The notes beneath the pieces are model-generated. The model was not told the origin of the DNA and made no database searches. It was given only the letters and a program-made list of their open reading frames with translations. Below, in pieces: positions 48,612 through 57,690 of a stretch of 64,000 nucleotides of DNA; positions within the stretch are counted from its first letter, which is position 1; the number at the start of each line of letters is the position of its first letter. The stretch is taken from contig BPHZ01000011.1 of the NCBI GenBank assembly GCA_026003835.1, positions 3,743-67,742 of the forward strand, written 5' to 3'. Made by a program: the position numbers and the translations under genes. The stretch comes from Herpetosiphonaceae bacterium. Its GTDB lineage: Bacteria > Chloroflexota > Chloroflexia > Chloroflexales > Herpetosiphonaceae.

Positions 48612-50657
48612 CTAAACGTGTTCGACCTCAGTCTCTCTCTGGTCGGCAGCGGCGTTCTTGCGCCGCTCAAGGTAAACCAGCAGCGCAGCAATATCAGCGG
48701 GGTTGATGCCCGCCAGACGGGCAGCCTGGCCAAGGGTCGCCGGGCGGAAACGGGCCAATACCTGCCGCGCCTCCTTACGCAGATTCGGGACGGCCTCGAT
48801 ATCCAGGTCCTGCGGCAGACGACGGTTCTCCATCTTGTGCACCCGCTCCGCGGCCTTCAGCTCCTTAGCGATATAGCCCGCGTACTTTGTCTCGATCTCG
48901 ACCTGTTCCATCACAGCTTTGGGCAGGTCCTCCAGTTCCAAAGCCTCCCGCAGCCGGCTGTAGCTCGCATCCGGACGGCGCAGCAGCTCAGCGGCGGATG
49001 CCACCTGCGTCAAAGGACCGAGGCCGCTCGCCAGCAGTCTCCGATTGATCTCGCTGCTTGGGCGCAGCCGCATGCCTTCCAGAGCGCGCATGCTCCACTC
49101 GATCAGCTCGCGCTTCCGCTCGACACGCTCTGCGCATGCCCTGGAGATCAGCCCAAGCTCGGCCGCCAGCGGCGCTAGGCGCAGATCGGCATTGTCAGCG
49201 CGCAGCAGCAGCCGGTACTCAGCGCGCGAGGTAAACATTCTGTAGGGCTCGTGGATCTCCTTCGTCACAAGGTCGTCGATCAGCACGCCAATGTAGGCCT
49301 GGTCGCGACGCAGGATCACAGGCTGCTGGCCTTTGACAAAGCGTGCGGCGTTGATGCCCGCCATCAGACCCTGCGCCGCAGCCTCCTCATAGCCGGTTGT
49401 ACCATTGATCTGGCCCGCCAGAAACAGTCCACGCAGCCGCTTTGCCTCCAGCGAAGGGCTTAGCTCGCCAGTCGCCACGGCATCGTACTCGATGGCATAA
49501 CCGACGCGCATAATCTCGACGTTGCGCAGCGCCGGGATCGAGCGCAGCATGGCCCACTGGACATCCTCAGGAAGTGAGGTGTTGCAGCCCTGCACATAGA
49601 CTTCATAGGTGGTCCAGCCTTCAGGTTCAAGGAAGAAGCCATGACGCTCTTTATCGGCGAAGCGCACAATCTTATCCTCAATCGAAGGGCAGTAGCGCGG
49701 GCCAACGCCCTCGATAACTCCGCTGAAGAGCGGTGCGCGGTCGAGGTTCTCCTGCACCAGGCGGTGAAATTCAGGCGTTGTATAGACCTGATAACAGGGG
49801 AGCTGGCGATGCCAGCCGTCGAGCTGCGGCGCAGGGTAGATTGGTGCGGGATCGCCCACCCAGGGATCGTCCGGCGGCGGGTCATCATCATCATAGAAAC
49901 CGAACCACAGCGGGCGCTGCGAGCCGGGCTGTATCTCAGTCAACGAAAAATCGATCGTTCGCGCATCGATACGCGGTGGCGTGCCTGTCTTCAGTCGCAC
50001 AAGCGGAAAGCCGAGCAGCGAGAGATCCTCGCTGAGCGCGACGGCGGGTTGCTCACCCATACGGCCCGCAGCCACAATCGAGCTGCCGGTGATAGCGCGA
50101 CCGCGCAGGAACGTGCCGGTGGTCAACACCAGCGCCCGACTATAGTAGCGCCAGCCCGTCTGGGTGACGACGCAGAAACGCGCCTCCGCCACCCCAGGAT
50201 CGCGCTCGCCGGCGCCCGGCTCCAGCGGTACAATACGTTCGACCAGCGCCTGTTTGAGGTCGAGGCCAGGCTGCGCTTCGATATGCTCTTTCATCAGCCG
50301 CGCATAGAGGCGCTTATCGGCTTGGGCACGTAGCGCCTGCACCGCTGGGCCTTTGGACTCATTGAGCAGGCGCATTTGGATAAATGAGCGATCAATGATA
50401 CGCGCCATCGCCCCGCCCAACGCATCGATCTCGCGCACAATGTGACCCTTCGCTGGCCCGCCAATCGAGGGATTGCATGACATATGCGCCAGCTTGTCCA
50501 GGTCGATGGTCAGCAACAGCGTGCGGCAGCCCATTCTCGCTGCCGCCAGTGCCGCTTCACACCCGGCATGGCCGGCGCCCACAACGATAACATCATAGCG
50601 TCGGTTAACGCTCACATCTGAAACATTCACCATCGTAACCACTCGCTCTAAGCTCAT
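48612..50657 (-). CDS. mnmG: tRNA uridine 5-carboxymethylaminomethyl modification enzyme MnmG (GidA)
   Basis: YDVIVVGAGHAGCEAALAAARMG, GPRYCPSIEDK and a GidA-associated C-terminal domain. The start may be the internal MVNVSD (50633). Confidence 0.93.
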   Translation of the reverse strand: MSLERVVTMVNVSDVSVNRRYDVIVVGAGHAGCEAALAAARMGCRTLLLTIDLDKLAHMSCNPSIGGPAKGHIVREIDALGGAMARIIDRSFIQMRLLNESKGPAVQALRAQADKRLYARLMKEHIEAQPGLDLKQALVERIVPLEPGAGERDPGVAEARFCVVTQTGWRYYSRALVLTTGTFLRGRAITGSSIVAAGRMGEQPAVALSEDLSLLGFPLVRLKTGTPPRIDARTIDFSLTEIQPGSQRPLWFGFYDDDDPPPDDPWVGDPAPIYPAPQLDGWHRQLPCYQVYTTPEFHRLVQENLDRAPLFSGVIEGVGPRYCPSIEDKIVRFADKERHGFFLEPEGWTTYEVYVQGCNTSLPEDVQWAMLRSIPALRNVEIMRVGYAIEYDAVATGELSPSLEAKRLRGLFLAGQINGTTGYEEAAAQGLMAGINAARFVKGQQPVILRRDQAYIGVLIDDLVTKEIHEPYRMFTSRAEYRLLLRADNADLRLAPLAAELGLISRACAERVERKRELIEWSMRALEGMRLRPSSEINRRLLASGLGPLTQVASAAELLRRPDASYSRLREALELEDLPKAVMEQVEIETKYAGYIAKELKAAERVHKMENRRLPQDLDIEAVPNLRKEARQVLARFRPATLGQAARLAGINPADIAALLVYLERRKNAAADQRETEVEHV

Positions 50658-50709
50658 AGCGTATCGCTACAAGCACAAACCTCTTCTCTTCTTTTCAATG
50701 TATCGTGAT

Positions 50710-50738
50710 ATTATGTCCATCGATTATTACTCTGTCAA
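50710..50738 (-). promoter_or_regulatory. consensus-like sigma-70 promoter of mnmG
   Basis: The minus strand reads TTGACA (50738-50733), 17-nt spacer, CATAAT (50715-50710). Confidence 0.6.
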
Positions 50739-50786
50739 GCGTCCGTGAGCGACGATATCGAGCATCACGACGAAGCTATCTATCAC

Positions 50787-51521
50787 TTAGGGAGTTCTAT
50801 TCGCCAGATCCAACACCCAGTAGGGATAACCGTCGGCGGCGCGGGCAAGTCCAACACCCGCCTCTGTGTAGTGACAGTTGAGGATATTCTTGCGGTGCGG
50901 CCCATCCGGATACTCATCGCCGGTTGTCCAGATCGCGACAACCTCCTCCGCTGTAGGAAAACCCGCCGCGATATTTTCGCCGTAAAGTTGAAAGGGATAG
51001 CCGGCCCGTTCAAGTCGATCGCGCAACGTCGCCCCGTCGCTGCCGATATGATCGATGCGACGAGTGGCGGCCAGATCCCGGGCGTGATCCTGGGCAGCCT
51101 GCTGTAAGAGCGGATCGATCTGAAGCAGAGGGCAGCCCTCCGCGCTGCGCAGCTCATTTACACTGGCGAGAAGCTGCTCCTGTGGTGCGCTCAAGGAGGC
51201 CGGTGCTGGCGATAGAGGGCTTGGGGAGGAAATCAGCGTCGCGCTGGGGATAAGTGTCACGCCAGGGCTGGATGTCGCGCTGGGCAGCGGGTCGCGGTGC
51301 GGCGTAGCCGGGATAGGGGACGGCTGGACGATGGGCGTAGCGCTGAGGGTCGGAGCAGCCGGCGCCGCAGCGGCAGGCGTCGGATCCTGCGCGAACTGCA
51401 TCTGGCGCCCTAGCCTGGAAGCCGCGCCTGGCAGAAGAATAAAGAAAACCGAGGATGCCAGAAACAGGTAGAGCGCCGCCCAACCGCATCCACCGGCCAG
51501 CGCTGGACGATTCCGTCTCAC
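50787..51521 (-). CDS. secreted CAP/SCP (PR-1-like, YkwD-like) domain protein
   Basis: N-terminal TM/signal and a P/S/A-rich linker. CAP domain: VNELRSAEGCPLLQIDPLLQQAAQDHARDL...GENIAAG...HRKNILNCHYTEAGVG. Confidence 0.8.
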   Translation of the reverse strand: MRRNRPALAGGCGWAALYLFLASSVFFILLPGAASRLGRQMQFAQDPTPAAAAPAAPTLSATPIVQPSPIPATPHRDPLPSATSSPGVTLIPSATLISSPSPLSPAPASLSAPQEQLLASVNELRSAEGCPLLQIDPLLQQAAQDHARDLAATRRIDHIGSDGATLRDRLERAGYPFQLYGENIAAGFPTAEEVVAIWTTGDEYPDGPHRKNILNCHYTEAGVGLARAADGYPYWVLDLANRTP

Positions 51522-51551
51522 CCTGCCTCCAAAATCGATGGATCTGAACGA

Positions 51552-52463
51552 TCAGTCTGCGGCACCCTGCTGGCCGGCAGCAGGAGCCTCGGAAGCGCCC
51601 TGCAACCGCTTAAGCAGCGATCGGATAAGCGCGGTAAAACGCGGTTTGGCAGTCTCGCCCGCCTCCAGCACCTCCTCGTGATTGGCAGGTTGCCCATCGG
51701 GAAGCGCCAGATTGGTAATCAGCGAAATACCCAGTACACGCATCCCCCCGTGGCGCGCGACGATCACCTCCGGCACTGTAGACATCCCCACAGCATCGAC
51801 GCCGACGGCGCGAAGGAGCCGCATCTCAGCAGCGGTCTCGAAGCTGGGGCCGCCGATCATTGCATACACACCCTCACGCAGCGTTGCGCCAACCTCTTCG
51901 GCGGCCTCGTGCGCAAGCTGGCCGAGCATCGGATCGTAGGCATCGAGCATCGCGGGAAAACGCAGCCCCAGGCGCTGGTCATTGAACCCGCGTAGAGGAT
52001 GCATCCCCGCCAGCCCTGGAAAGAAAATATGGTCACGGATGCGCATCAGATCGCCAACCTGCCATTCGGCCCGCAGGCCACCGGCAGCGTTGGTGACGAT
52101 AAGCGTGCTGGCGCCGAGGGCACGGGCCACTCGCACCGGAAAGGTCGTCTGCCAGAAGTCATATCCTTCATAGTAGTGAAAGCGGCCGCGCATCACAGCC
52201 ACAGGCAGGTTCTCCAGCCGACAGAGCACCAGCTCTCCCTTATGCCCCTCGATGGTTGAGCGCGGAAAATACGGGATTTCGCCGTAGGGGATGGTCGTAG
52301 CCTCATCAGCGCTTGAGATCAGCCCGCTGAGTCCTGAGCCAAGGATAAGTAGCAACTCAGGGCGCAGCGATGAGCGCCCGGCGATGTAGGCTGCGGCCTC
52401 CAGAATAAAGTCATAGAGGTTTTCGGGCGCTTGCCCGGGCGCCGTCATGATTGGGGTGTTCAT
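51552..52463 (-). CDS. purine nucleoside phosphorylase (trimeric PNP/PunA type)
   Basis: LLILGSGLSGL, TIEGHKGELVLCRL, RGRFHYYEGY, LIVTNAAGGL and GPSFETAAEMRLLR. Start taken at MNTPIM; the ORF-track extends to 52538. Confidence 0.88.
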   Translation of the reverse strand: MNTPIMTAPGQAPENLYDFILEAAAYIAGRSSLRPELLLILGSGLSGLISSADEATTIPYGEIPYFPRSTIEGHKGELVLCRLENLPVAVMRGRFHYYEGYDFWQTTFPVRVARALGASTLIVTNAAGGLRAEWQVGDLMRIRDHIFFPGLAGMHPLRGFNDQRLGLRFPAMLDAYDPMLGQLAHEAAEEVGATLREGVYAMIGGPSFETAAEMRLLRAVGVDAVGMSTVPEVIVARHGGMRVLGISLITNLALPDGQPANHEEVLEAGETAKPRFTALIRSLLKRLQGASEAPAAGQQGAAD

Positions 52464-52561
52464 GAGATACGCGTCCTTCTCTATACTTCCCTGTTTATAC
52501 TGATGCTTAGAGCGTTGTTGAAGAACGATCAACGGCACATCATGCAGCGTTCCTTGAGCGT

Positions 52562-53248
52562 CTAAATCCTGCTCAGAATTTCCTGACGCTTCTGCTGGAA
52601 CTCGTCATCGGTAATAAGCCCTTTTTGATGCAGCTCTGCCAGCCTCGTCAACGTGGCTTCCAGATCAACACGACTAGCTGCGTCATTTGGTCGAGGGGAA
52701 TGATATGCCTGTTCATAGATAGCAGCGCTGGGGGGGCGGAGATAGCCCTCAAACTCAGCCTTCGCATTCATCATCTCTCGTTTGAAGTCAAGCGGGCGGG
52801 CGATCTTCTCCATCCGGTTAATGGCCTCCTCGCTGGCAGTCAGGATCTCCAGGTCGCCGTAGTCGAACATACGCCCCAAGATGGTCTGCCGCATCTGAAC
52901 ATCGTTCACCTTATCGAGCGAGGAGTCGATCGTGCTTTTGTTAAAGATGCCTCTCAGGTGAATCACACGCAGATTTGTCAACACATAGCGCTCATTCACC
53001 CAGCGCAGGTAGTCAAGGAGAGCGCTGATAACTACGATCAACGCAATCCCCGCCAGGCCCAGCACAACGGTCGTTTTATACTCCAGCCAGGCTGCGCCCT
53101 GCTGTCTGGCCACAACATAGGTTGCAGCAATGAGCAGAACGATCACGATCACCTCGAAGAAGATCTTGCTGTAGAAAACGAACGGGTGCTGTCGCGTCTC
53201 GAAGCGGATTTGCTCATGATCGCCAAGGATTTGCTCGAGGTATCCCAT
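52562..53248 (-). CDS. membrane-anchored bacterial PH (YdbS/YdbT-like) domain protein with C-terminal SHOCT domain
   Basis: AAGGAG RBS. Two TM helices are followed by a bPH-like segment (YVLTNLRVIHLRGIFNKSTIDSSLDKVNDVQMRQTILGRMFDYGDLEI). The C-terminal LAELHQKGLITDDEFQQKRQEIL is a SHOCT motif. Confidence 0.7.
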   Translation of the reverse strand: MGYLEQILGDHEQIRFETRQHPFVFYSKIFFEVIVIVLLIAATYVVARQQGAAWLEYKTTVVLGLAGIALIVVISALLDYLRWVNERYVLTNLRVIHLRGIFNKSTIDSSLDKVNDVQMRQTILGRMFDYGDLEILTASEEAINRMEKIARPLDFKREMMNAKAEFEGYLRPPSAAIYEQAYHSPRPNDAASRVDLEATLTRLAELHQKGLITDDEFQQKRQEILSRI

Positions 53249-53308
53249 CGTTGGCTCCTTCTTGCGGTAATGTGCAAGAGAAACGGAAGGTTATCCGGAT
53301 CGATGTCG

Positions 53309-54070
53309 TCAGCTACGCACTGCCTGGAGAAATGCCAGCGATTTGAGATCGCGCTCAAGATGCGGGCGGATCAACGCCTGGAGCAAGATCTCGACTTCGC
53401 GAAGGACCTCGGGACGAACTCGAAGCTGGAGCACGCTGGTTAGCGGCTCTCGCTGGAAAAACCGAATAAGCTTGAACGCAGACAGAGTCACGGGAAGCGC
53501 AAGTGGCTCCATCGGGGCGCAACGAGGACAAAGCATACCGCCGGACTGCGGGCTCAACCGATCGGACTCGCTCGTCAACTCCTCCTGGCAGCGGGCACAG
53601 CGGTAGAGGTGTGGTCGATAGCCCAAGAGACCAAGCAGATAGAGTTCGAAGCGGCGAACGACGAGATCCTGGAGCAGGGAATCGTCAAGCTCATCCAGCG
53701 CAGTCAGCGTCTCGACCAGGAGGGAGAACAGTGGTCTGTTTTCATCCCCCTCGTGTGTCATTTTATCCAGCAGCTCAGCGATGTAGTAGGCCCAGCCGAT
53801 ACGCTCTAGATCATCGCGCAGCTGCCTAAACGGCCGCAGCGTCTGGCTTTGGGCCACCACATCAAAGGTACGGCCGCGAGCCAGCAGCAGCTGCGTCCAG
53901 GTAAATAGTTCCAGATGCCCGGCCAGCTTGCTGGTCGTCTTGCGAATGCCTCGGGCGGCAACTCTCAGCTTCCCGCCAGGGGTATAGATTGTCAGAAGGC
54001 GATCCGCCTCGCCGATATCGCTCCGGCGAATCACGATCGCTTCAGTCCGATACAGCCGCTCACGTGTCAA
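53309..54070 (-). CDS. recO: DNA repair protein RecO
   Basis: LYRTEAIVIRRSDIGEADRLLTIYTPGGKLRVAARGIRK (OB fold) plus a C-terminal CxxC...CxxC zinc module (CARCQE...CPRCA). TTG 54070 overlaps the upstream TGA (TTGA). The maximal ORF reaches 54109. Confidence 0.88.
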   Translation of the reverse strand: MTRERLYRTEAIVIRRSDIGEADRLLTIYTPGGKLRVAARGIRKTTSKLAGHLELFTWTQLLLARGRTFDVVAQSQTLRPFRQLRDDLERIGWAYYIAELLDKMTHEGDENRPLFSLLVETLTALDELDDSLLQDLVVRRFELYLLGLLGYRPHLYRCARCQEELTSESDRLSPQSGGMLCPRCAPMEPLALPVTLSAFKLIRFFQREPLTSVLQLRVRPEVLREVEILLQALIRPHLERDLKSLAFLQAVRS

Positions 54071-56031
54071 TGCTCTTGCTCCTCCTCGCTCTCCTGGCAA
54101 TACCCGCATAGGCGCTGGGTCAAGGTTATCGCCTCGCGCCTGGCTGCGGCCAGTGTTGCGGTTGAGAGGCGGCGCTCGATACGGCGGCGTAGCGCGGCCG
54201 AGGGCCCGCCCTCAACGCCACAGGCCTCGGTAAGCCTGGCAACCACCTCAGCATAGGTCAGCAGCGCGGCCAGGTCGCGCTCGCTGAGCGGCTCCTCACG
54301 GGTTGGGAGTTCGGCTGCAACGCCATAGCCGGCGCGGCGCAGCGCGGCCAGGAGAGCTGCGCCATCCGCTTCCGCCATCGCCCAGGCCCGCTCGCCAAGA
54401 GGCTCGGCCGGCGGCAGCGCCAGGCGACGGTCGCGACGCAACTGCTCTAGCCTGAGCGGGTCCTGGGCCTCCAGCAGCAGCACCGGACGCAGGCGCAGCT
54501 CCTCGCCGTCGGCGGCCCACTGCCGCAGTGTAAAGGCGACATTCTGCGGTATGGACTCGGCGCTCCAGCGATCGAGGAAAGCTAGAATCTCCTCGACCCC
54601 GATACCGCGATCCAGTGCCCGATTGAATCCAGCCCGCGTCAGCCGGTAGATATCAAAAGCTCCATGCCCTTCCCAGTCTGCAAAGCGGCTGAGCTGGAAG
54701 CGGGGCAGCGGCGGCACAAGCGGCGGCACAAAAACTGTAAAGCTGGCCTCGACGATGAACCGCTCTTCGTCGAGAGATGGAACGGGTTCGCCGCGCAACA
54801 GCGCGGCTCCCCAGCTGTTAAGACGGGCTGCGCTCCACATCTCCTCGCCCGGCTGTCTACCTAGATCGACCAGCCCCAGCCAGGCCAGCGGCCCTGTGAT
54901 CACCGCGCGCGCCAGGCGTCCTTCGACCGCTTCCCAGTGCTGGAATCCGACAACGCTTCGTCCCCTGTCATCGACAAGCATCCAGGTATCATACAAGCCA
55001 TCGGGACGCTGAAAGTCGGGATTGATACGCCGGATCTCGGATACCCAATCATCAAGCGCAAACCACTGACCTGGCGCAAGCTGCGCCACCATCTCCAACA
55101 GCGCCCGGCGCGGCGTCTCATAGCTACGGCGCAGCGGGACGGATCGCCAGCGCAGCCCACACAGAGCCGTCAACTCATCCCACTGGCAGACAAGCCATGC
55201 CTGTAACAGGCTCTGCCGCCGCTCTTGAGCCGAAAGCCCCAACCAGGCCAGCGCTGTGGGCGCGGGGCGCAGGCCGCCCCGTGTTCGACGCAACAGCCCA
55301 AGGTCGAGCGCCAGATGGCGAAGCAGGGCCATGCGCGGCGCAGTGCGCTCGGAGGGCAGGGGCTCGCCAGTAGCACCAGTTTGATCGAGCGACGCAGCAA
55401 GAAGCCCAGCCCATCGCGAGCCGGATAGGCGGCGCAGCTCACCGCTGCGGCCAACCGGCAGAGGTGTCTCGTATGCTGTTGCAAGCAGCCCCACCAACGC
55501 GCGTTCGATCCGGCCGGGATCGCCTGGCAGGATATTCTGCGGCTCAACCGGAGGTAGACAGAAGCGCCGATCACGGAGCGGAACCGGTGGCAGCAGTTCG
55601 AGAAGCTCGCCAGGAATGGCATAAACGGCTCCGGATGGGGTCTTGCACTGCTGGATCAGGCCGAGAACATACAGCCGCTCCGTAGCTGATGGCGGACCGG
55701 CTAACGCCTCTAAGTACGCGCGCGGATTTGGATAGGTACGGTGATCACGTACTGTACCAAACTCCCGCTCGAGGATGTGCATCTGAAGCGCTCCACCCTC
55801 AGCCTGCAGCCGTTCAAGCGCCGCTCGATCAACAGGGCGGAGCCGCGATAGAAGCGTGGCAATAGCGTGCGGCGTAAGCATCCCCTCCAAAAGGGTTTCA
55901 GCCTCCACAACATCCTCGCCGGATGCAAGCTGCCATAGGCGTGCCAGTGTACGCCGCTCTGCAGTAGAGCGCTCACCAAGCCAGGAGCGCAGCGAAGGCA
56001 GCACAGGCTGTTGGCTCCCCAACCTATCCAT
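54067..56031 (-). CDS. large conserved hypothetical protein, translationally coupled to recO (possible XPB/Ssl2-N-terminal-like, helicase-associated domain; no ATPase motifs seen)
   Basis: 654-aa uninterrupted ORF, Arg/Leu-rich and helical. I found no Walker A/B. Any resemblance to Helicase_C_3-type proteins is from memory only. Confidence refers to it being a real CDS. Confidence 0.6.
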   Translation of the reverse strand: MDRLGSQQPVLPSLRSWLGERSTAERRTLARLWQLASGEDVVEAETLLEGMLTPHAIATLLSRLRPVDRAALERLQAEGGALQMHILEREFGTVRDHRTYPNPRAYLEALAGPPSATERLYVLGLIQQCKTPSGAVYAIPGELLELLPPVPLRDRRFCLPPVEPQNILPGDPGRIERALVGLLATAYETPLPVGRSGELRRLSGSRWAGLLAASLDQTGATGEPLPSERTAPRMALLRHLALDLGLLRRTRGGLRPAPTALAWLGLSAQERRQSLLQAWLVCQWDELTALCGLRWRSVPLRRSYETPRRALLEMVAQLAPGQWFALDDWVSEIRRINPDFQRPDGLYDTWMLVDDRGRSVVGFQHWEAVEGRLARAVITGPLAWLGLVDLGRQPGEEMWSAARLNSWGAALLRGEPVPSLDEERFIVEASFTVFVPPLVPPLPRFQLSRFADWEGHGAFDIYRLTRAGFNRALDRGIGVEEILAFLDRWSAESIPQNVAFTLRQWAADGEELRLRPVLLLEAQDPLRLEQLRRDRRLALPPAEPLGERAWAMAEADGAALLAALRRAGYGVAAELPTREEPLSERDLAALLTYAEVVARLTEACGVEGGPSAALRRRIERRLSTATLAAARREAITLTQRLCGYCQESEEEQEH

Positions 56032-56188
56032 AGCTCAACAGAATCAATACTCACTGAGCATTATAGGCCATCGCAAGAGCATGGTCAACGGGGAGGGATG
56101 GCCCCATACAGCGTGGGAGACACACGTTACTCTACCCTTCAGCAGGCCATAAAACGAGCGATGGTGGCTTCTGAATGAAGGAAGGCAC

Positions 56189-56222
56189 GGGAGGGGGCGC
56201 TCACAGGACTCCGAACGCCCCA
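56189..56222 (+). repeat. fragment resembling the core of the CTAG-bounded repeat (copy C6, no CTAG ends)
   Basis: GGGAGGGGGCGCTCACAGGACTCCGAACGCCCCA compared with C1 GGGAGCCGGAGGGTCGTAGTCCATCCGAACCTCCCCA. Confidence 0.3.
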
Positions 56223-56323
56223 AAGGACAGCGCCGGATCCCGATGAGCACTGCTACAGCTGAGATGAAATATGGTATGATACACGCGCTTTATTATCGCC
56301 GGCGTAGAAAGGAGTCTTGTCCC

Positions 56324-57418
56324 TTGCGATACCTGCGCTACCTACTTATCTTCGTTCCGCTCGCCTTTCTCGCTGAGTTTGTCCTGCATAATGACCTGCT
56401 GATCTTTCTCTTTTCGGCGATCGGCCTTATCCCGCTGGCCGGACTGCTCGGTGAAGCTACGGAAGAACTTGCCATTCACACCGGGCCAAAGATCGGCGGC
56501 CTGCTGAATGCAACGCTTGGCAACGCCGCAGAGCTGATCATCACAATCGTCGCCCTGCGAGCCGGGCAGATCACATTGGTCAAAGCCTCCATCGTCGGAT
56601 CGATCCTTGGCAACCTGCTGCTGATCCTGGGCTTAAGTCTGCTGCTTGGCGGGCTCAAAAACGGGCGGCAGCGCTTCGATCGTGGGCTTGCCGGGATGAG
56701 CTCGACCATGATGTTCCTCTCGGTGATCGGTTTGCTTATCCCTACCTTCTTCGAGCTGATCCACAAAATCCAGCAGGGACAGCCACTCTTTACTGAATCG
56801 CCCGATCCCTCGCTGGATATCCTCAGCCTGGGCGTTGCCGCCATCCTCATTATCATCTATATTTTCAGCCTGATCTTCTCGTTTCAAAGCCCGGAAGTCG
56901 GCATCGGCAAGGATGTCGGCGTTGACGATCATGCAGAGGAGAAGGAGCACCATCAGCCGAAGTGGAGCGTGCGAACCTCTGCAGCGGTGCTTACCATCGC
57001 CACGCTGGCGATCGTGTTTATGAGTGAGTTCCTGGTCGGTGCAGTCGAGCCGGTCGTCCGCGAACTGGGTGTAAGCGAGCTCTTCCTGGGCGTCATCCTC
57101 ATCCCGCTGGTTGGCAACGTCGCCGAGCATCTGGTCGGCGTCCAGGTAGCCTACAAGAATAAGATGGATCTGTCGCTGACCATCTCGCTGGGATCGAGCA
57201 TGCAGATCGCGCTCTTTGTCGCGCCGCTGCTGGTCTTCATCTCGCTGCTCTTCGGCGACGAGATGACGCTCTTTTTCAATCCCTTCGAGGTGGTCGTCCT
57301 GGCACTGTCGGTGATCATCGCCGGCCAGATCGCCGAGGATGGCGAGTCCAACTGGCTTGAGGGAGCGCAATTGCTTGCGGTGTATGTGGTGGCTGGGCTG
57401 GGGTTCCTGTTACTCTAA
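56324..57418 (+). CDS. Ca2+/H+ exchanger (CaCA/CAX family)
   Basis: Two alpha-repeat motifs, LGNAAELIITIVALRAG and VGNVAEHLVGVQVAYKN, and ~11 TM helices. TTG 56324 lies 9 nt after AAAGGAG; the maximal ORF starts at 56243. Confidence 0.88.
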   Translation: MRYLRYLLIFVPLAFLAEFVLHNDLLIFLFSAIGLIPLAGLLGEATEELAIHTGPKIGGLLNATLGNAAELIITIVALRAGQITLVKASIVGSILGNLLLILGLSLLLGGLKNGRQRFDRGLAGMSSTMMFLSVIGLLIPTFFELIHKIQQGQPLFTESPDPSLDILSLGVAAILIIIYIFSLIFSFQSPEVGIGKDVGVDDHAEEKEHHQPKWSVRTSAAVLTIATLAIVFMSEFLVGAVEPVVRELGVSELFLGVILIPLVGNVAEHLVGVQVAYKNKMDLSLTISLGSSMQIALFVAPLLVFISLLFGDEMTLFFNPFEVVVLALSVIIAGQIAEDGESNWLEGAQLLAVYVVAGLGFLLL

Positions 57419-57628
57419 GCGCTCGCCACGCTCATGTGAGGCATCGGTCATCTCATCATCCGGCGGCGCAATACGATCCATACGCCGCTTGACAAGGATA
57501 CCGACGAGCACGGCGCTCAGGCTGGCGAGAGCCACGCAGAGCAGTCCCAACACAACAGAGGCGGGAAGACGTTCGCCACTCTCCTGGAGCGCAATGGCAA
57601 GTGTTACGGCCATACATTGATCATCCAT
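57410..57628 (-). CDS. possible small single-pass membrane protein
   Basis: 72-aa ORF co-directional with and 62 nt downstream of the 57691..58692 gene. One hydrophobic helix (VVLGLLCVALASLSAVLVGILV) and no homology recognised. Confidence 0.3.
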   Translation of the reverse strand: MDDQCMAVTLAIALQESGERLPASVVLGLLCVALASLSAVLVGILVKRRMDRIAPPDDEMTDASHERGERLE

Positions 57629-57642
57629 AAGTGAGTTAATCC

Positions 57643-57675
57643 GCCGGTGGCACAGTATAATGCCGCGCCACCGGC
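57643..57675 (-). promoter_or_regulatory. 9-bp stem-loop just downstream of the lipoprotein gene stop
   Basis: GCCGGTGGC (57643-57651), 15-nt loop, GCCACCGGC (57667-57675). No U-tract. Confidence 0.35.
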
Positions 57676-57690
57676 AGCATAGCTTACAAA

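Noticed and set aside
56080-56243. Possible yybP-ykoY (Mn2+) riboswitch upstream of the cation exchanger, prompted by GGGGAGGGAUGGCC and GUGGGAGACAC
   Set aside because: I could not fold it into the four-way junction with the conserved L1/L3 sequences. The similarity is limited to short G-rich strings, and part of the region is better explained as a fragment of the dispersed repeat.
57656-57661. Perfect TATAAT hexamer on the + strand
   Set aside because: There is no acceptable -35 (GAGTTA at 17 nt) and no + strand gene downstream. It lies in the loop of a hairpin that belongs to the minus-strand transcription unit.
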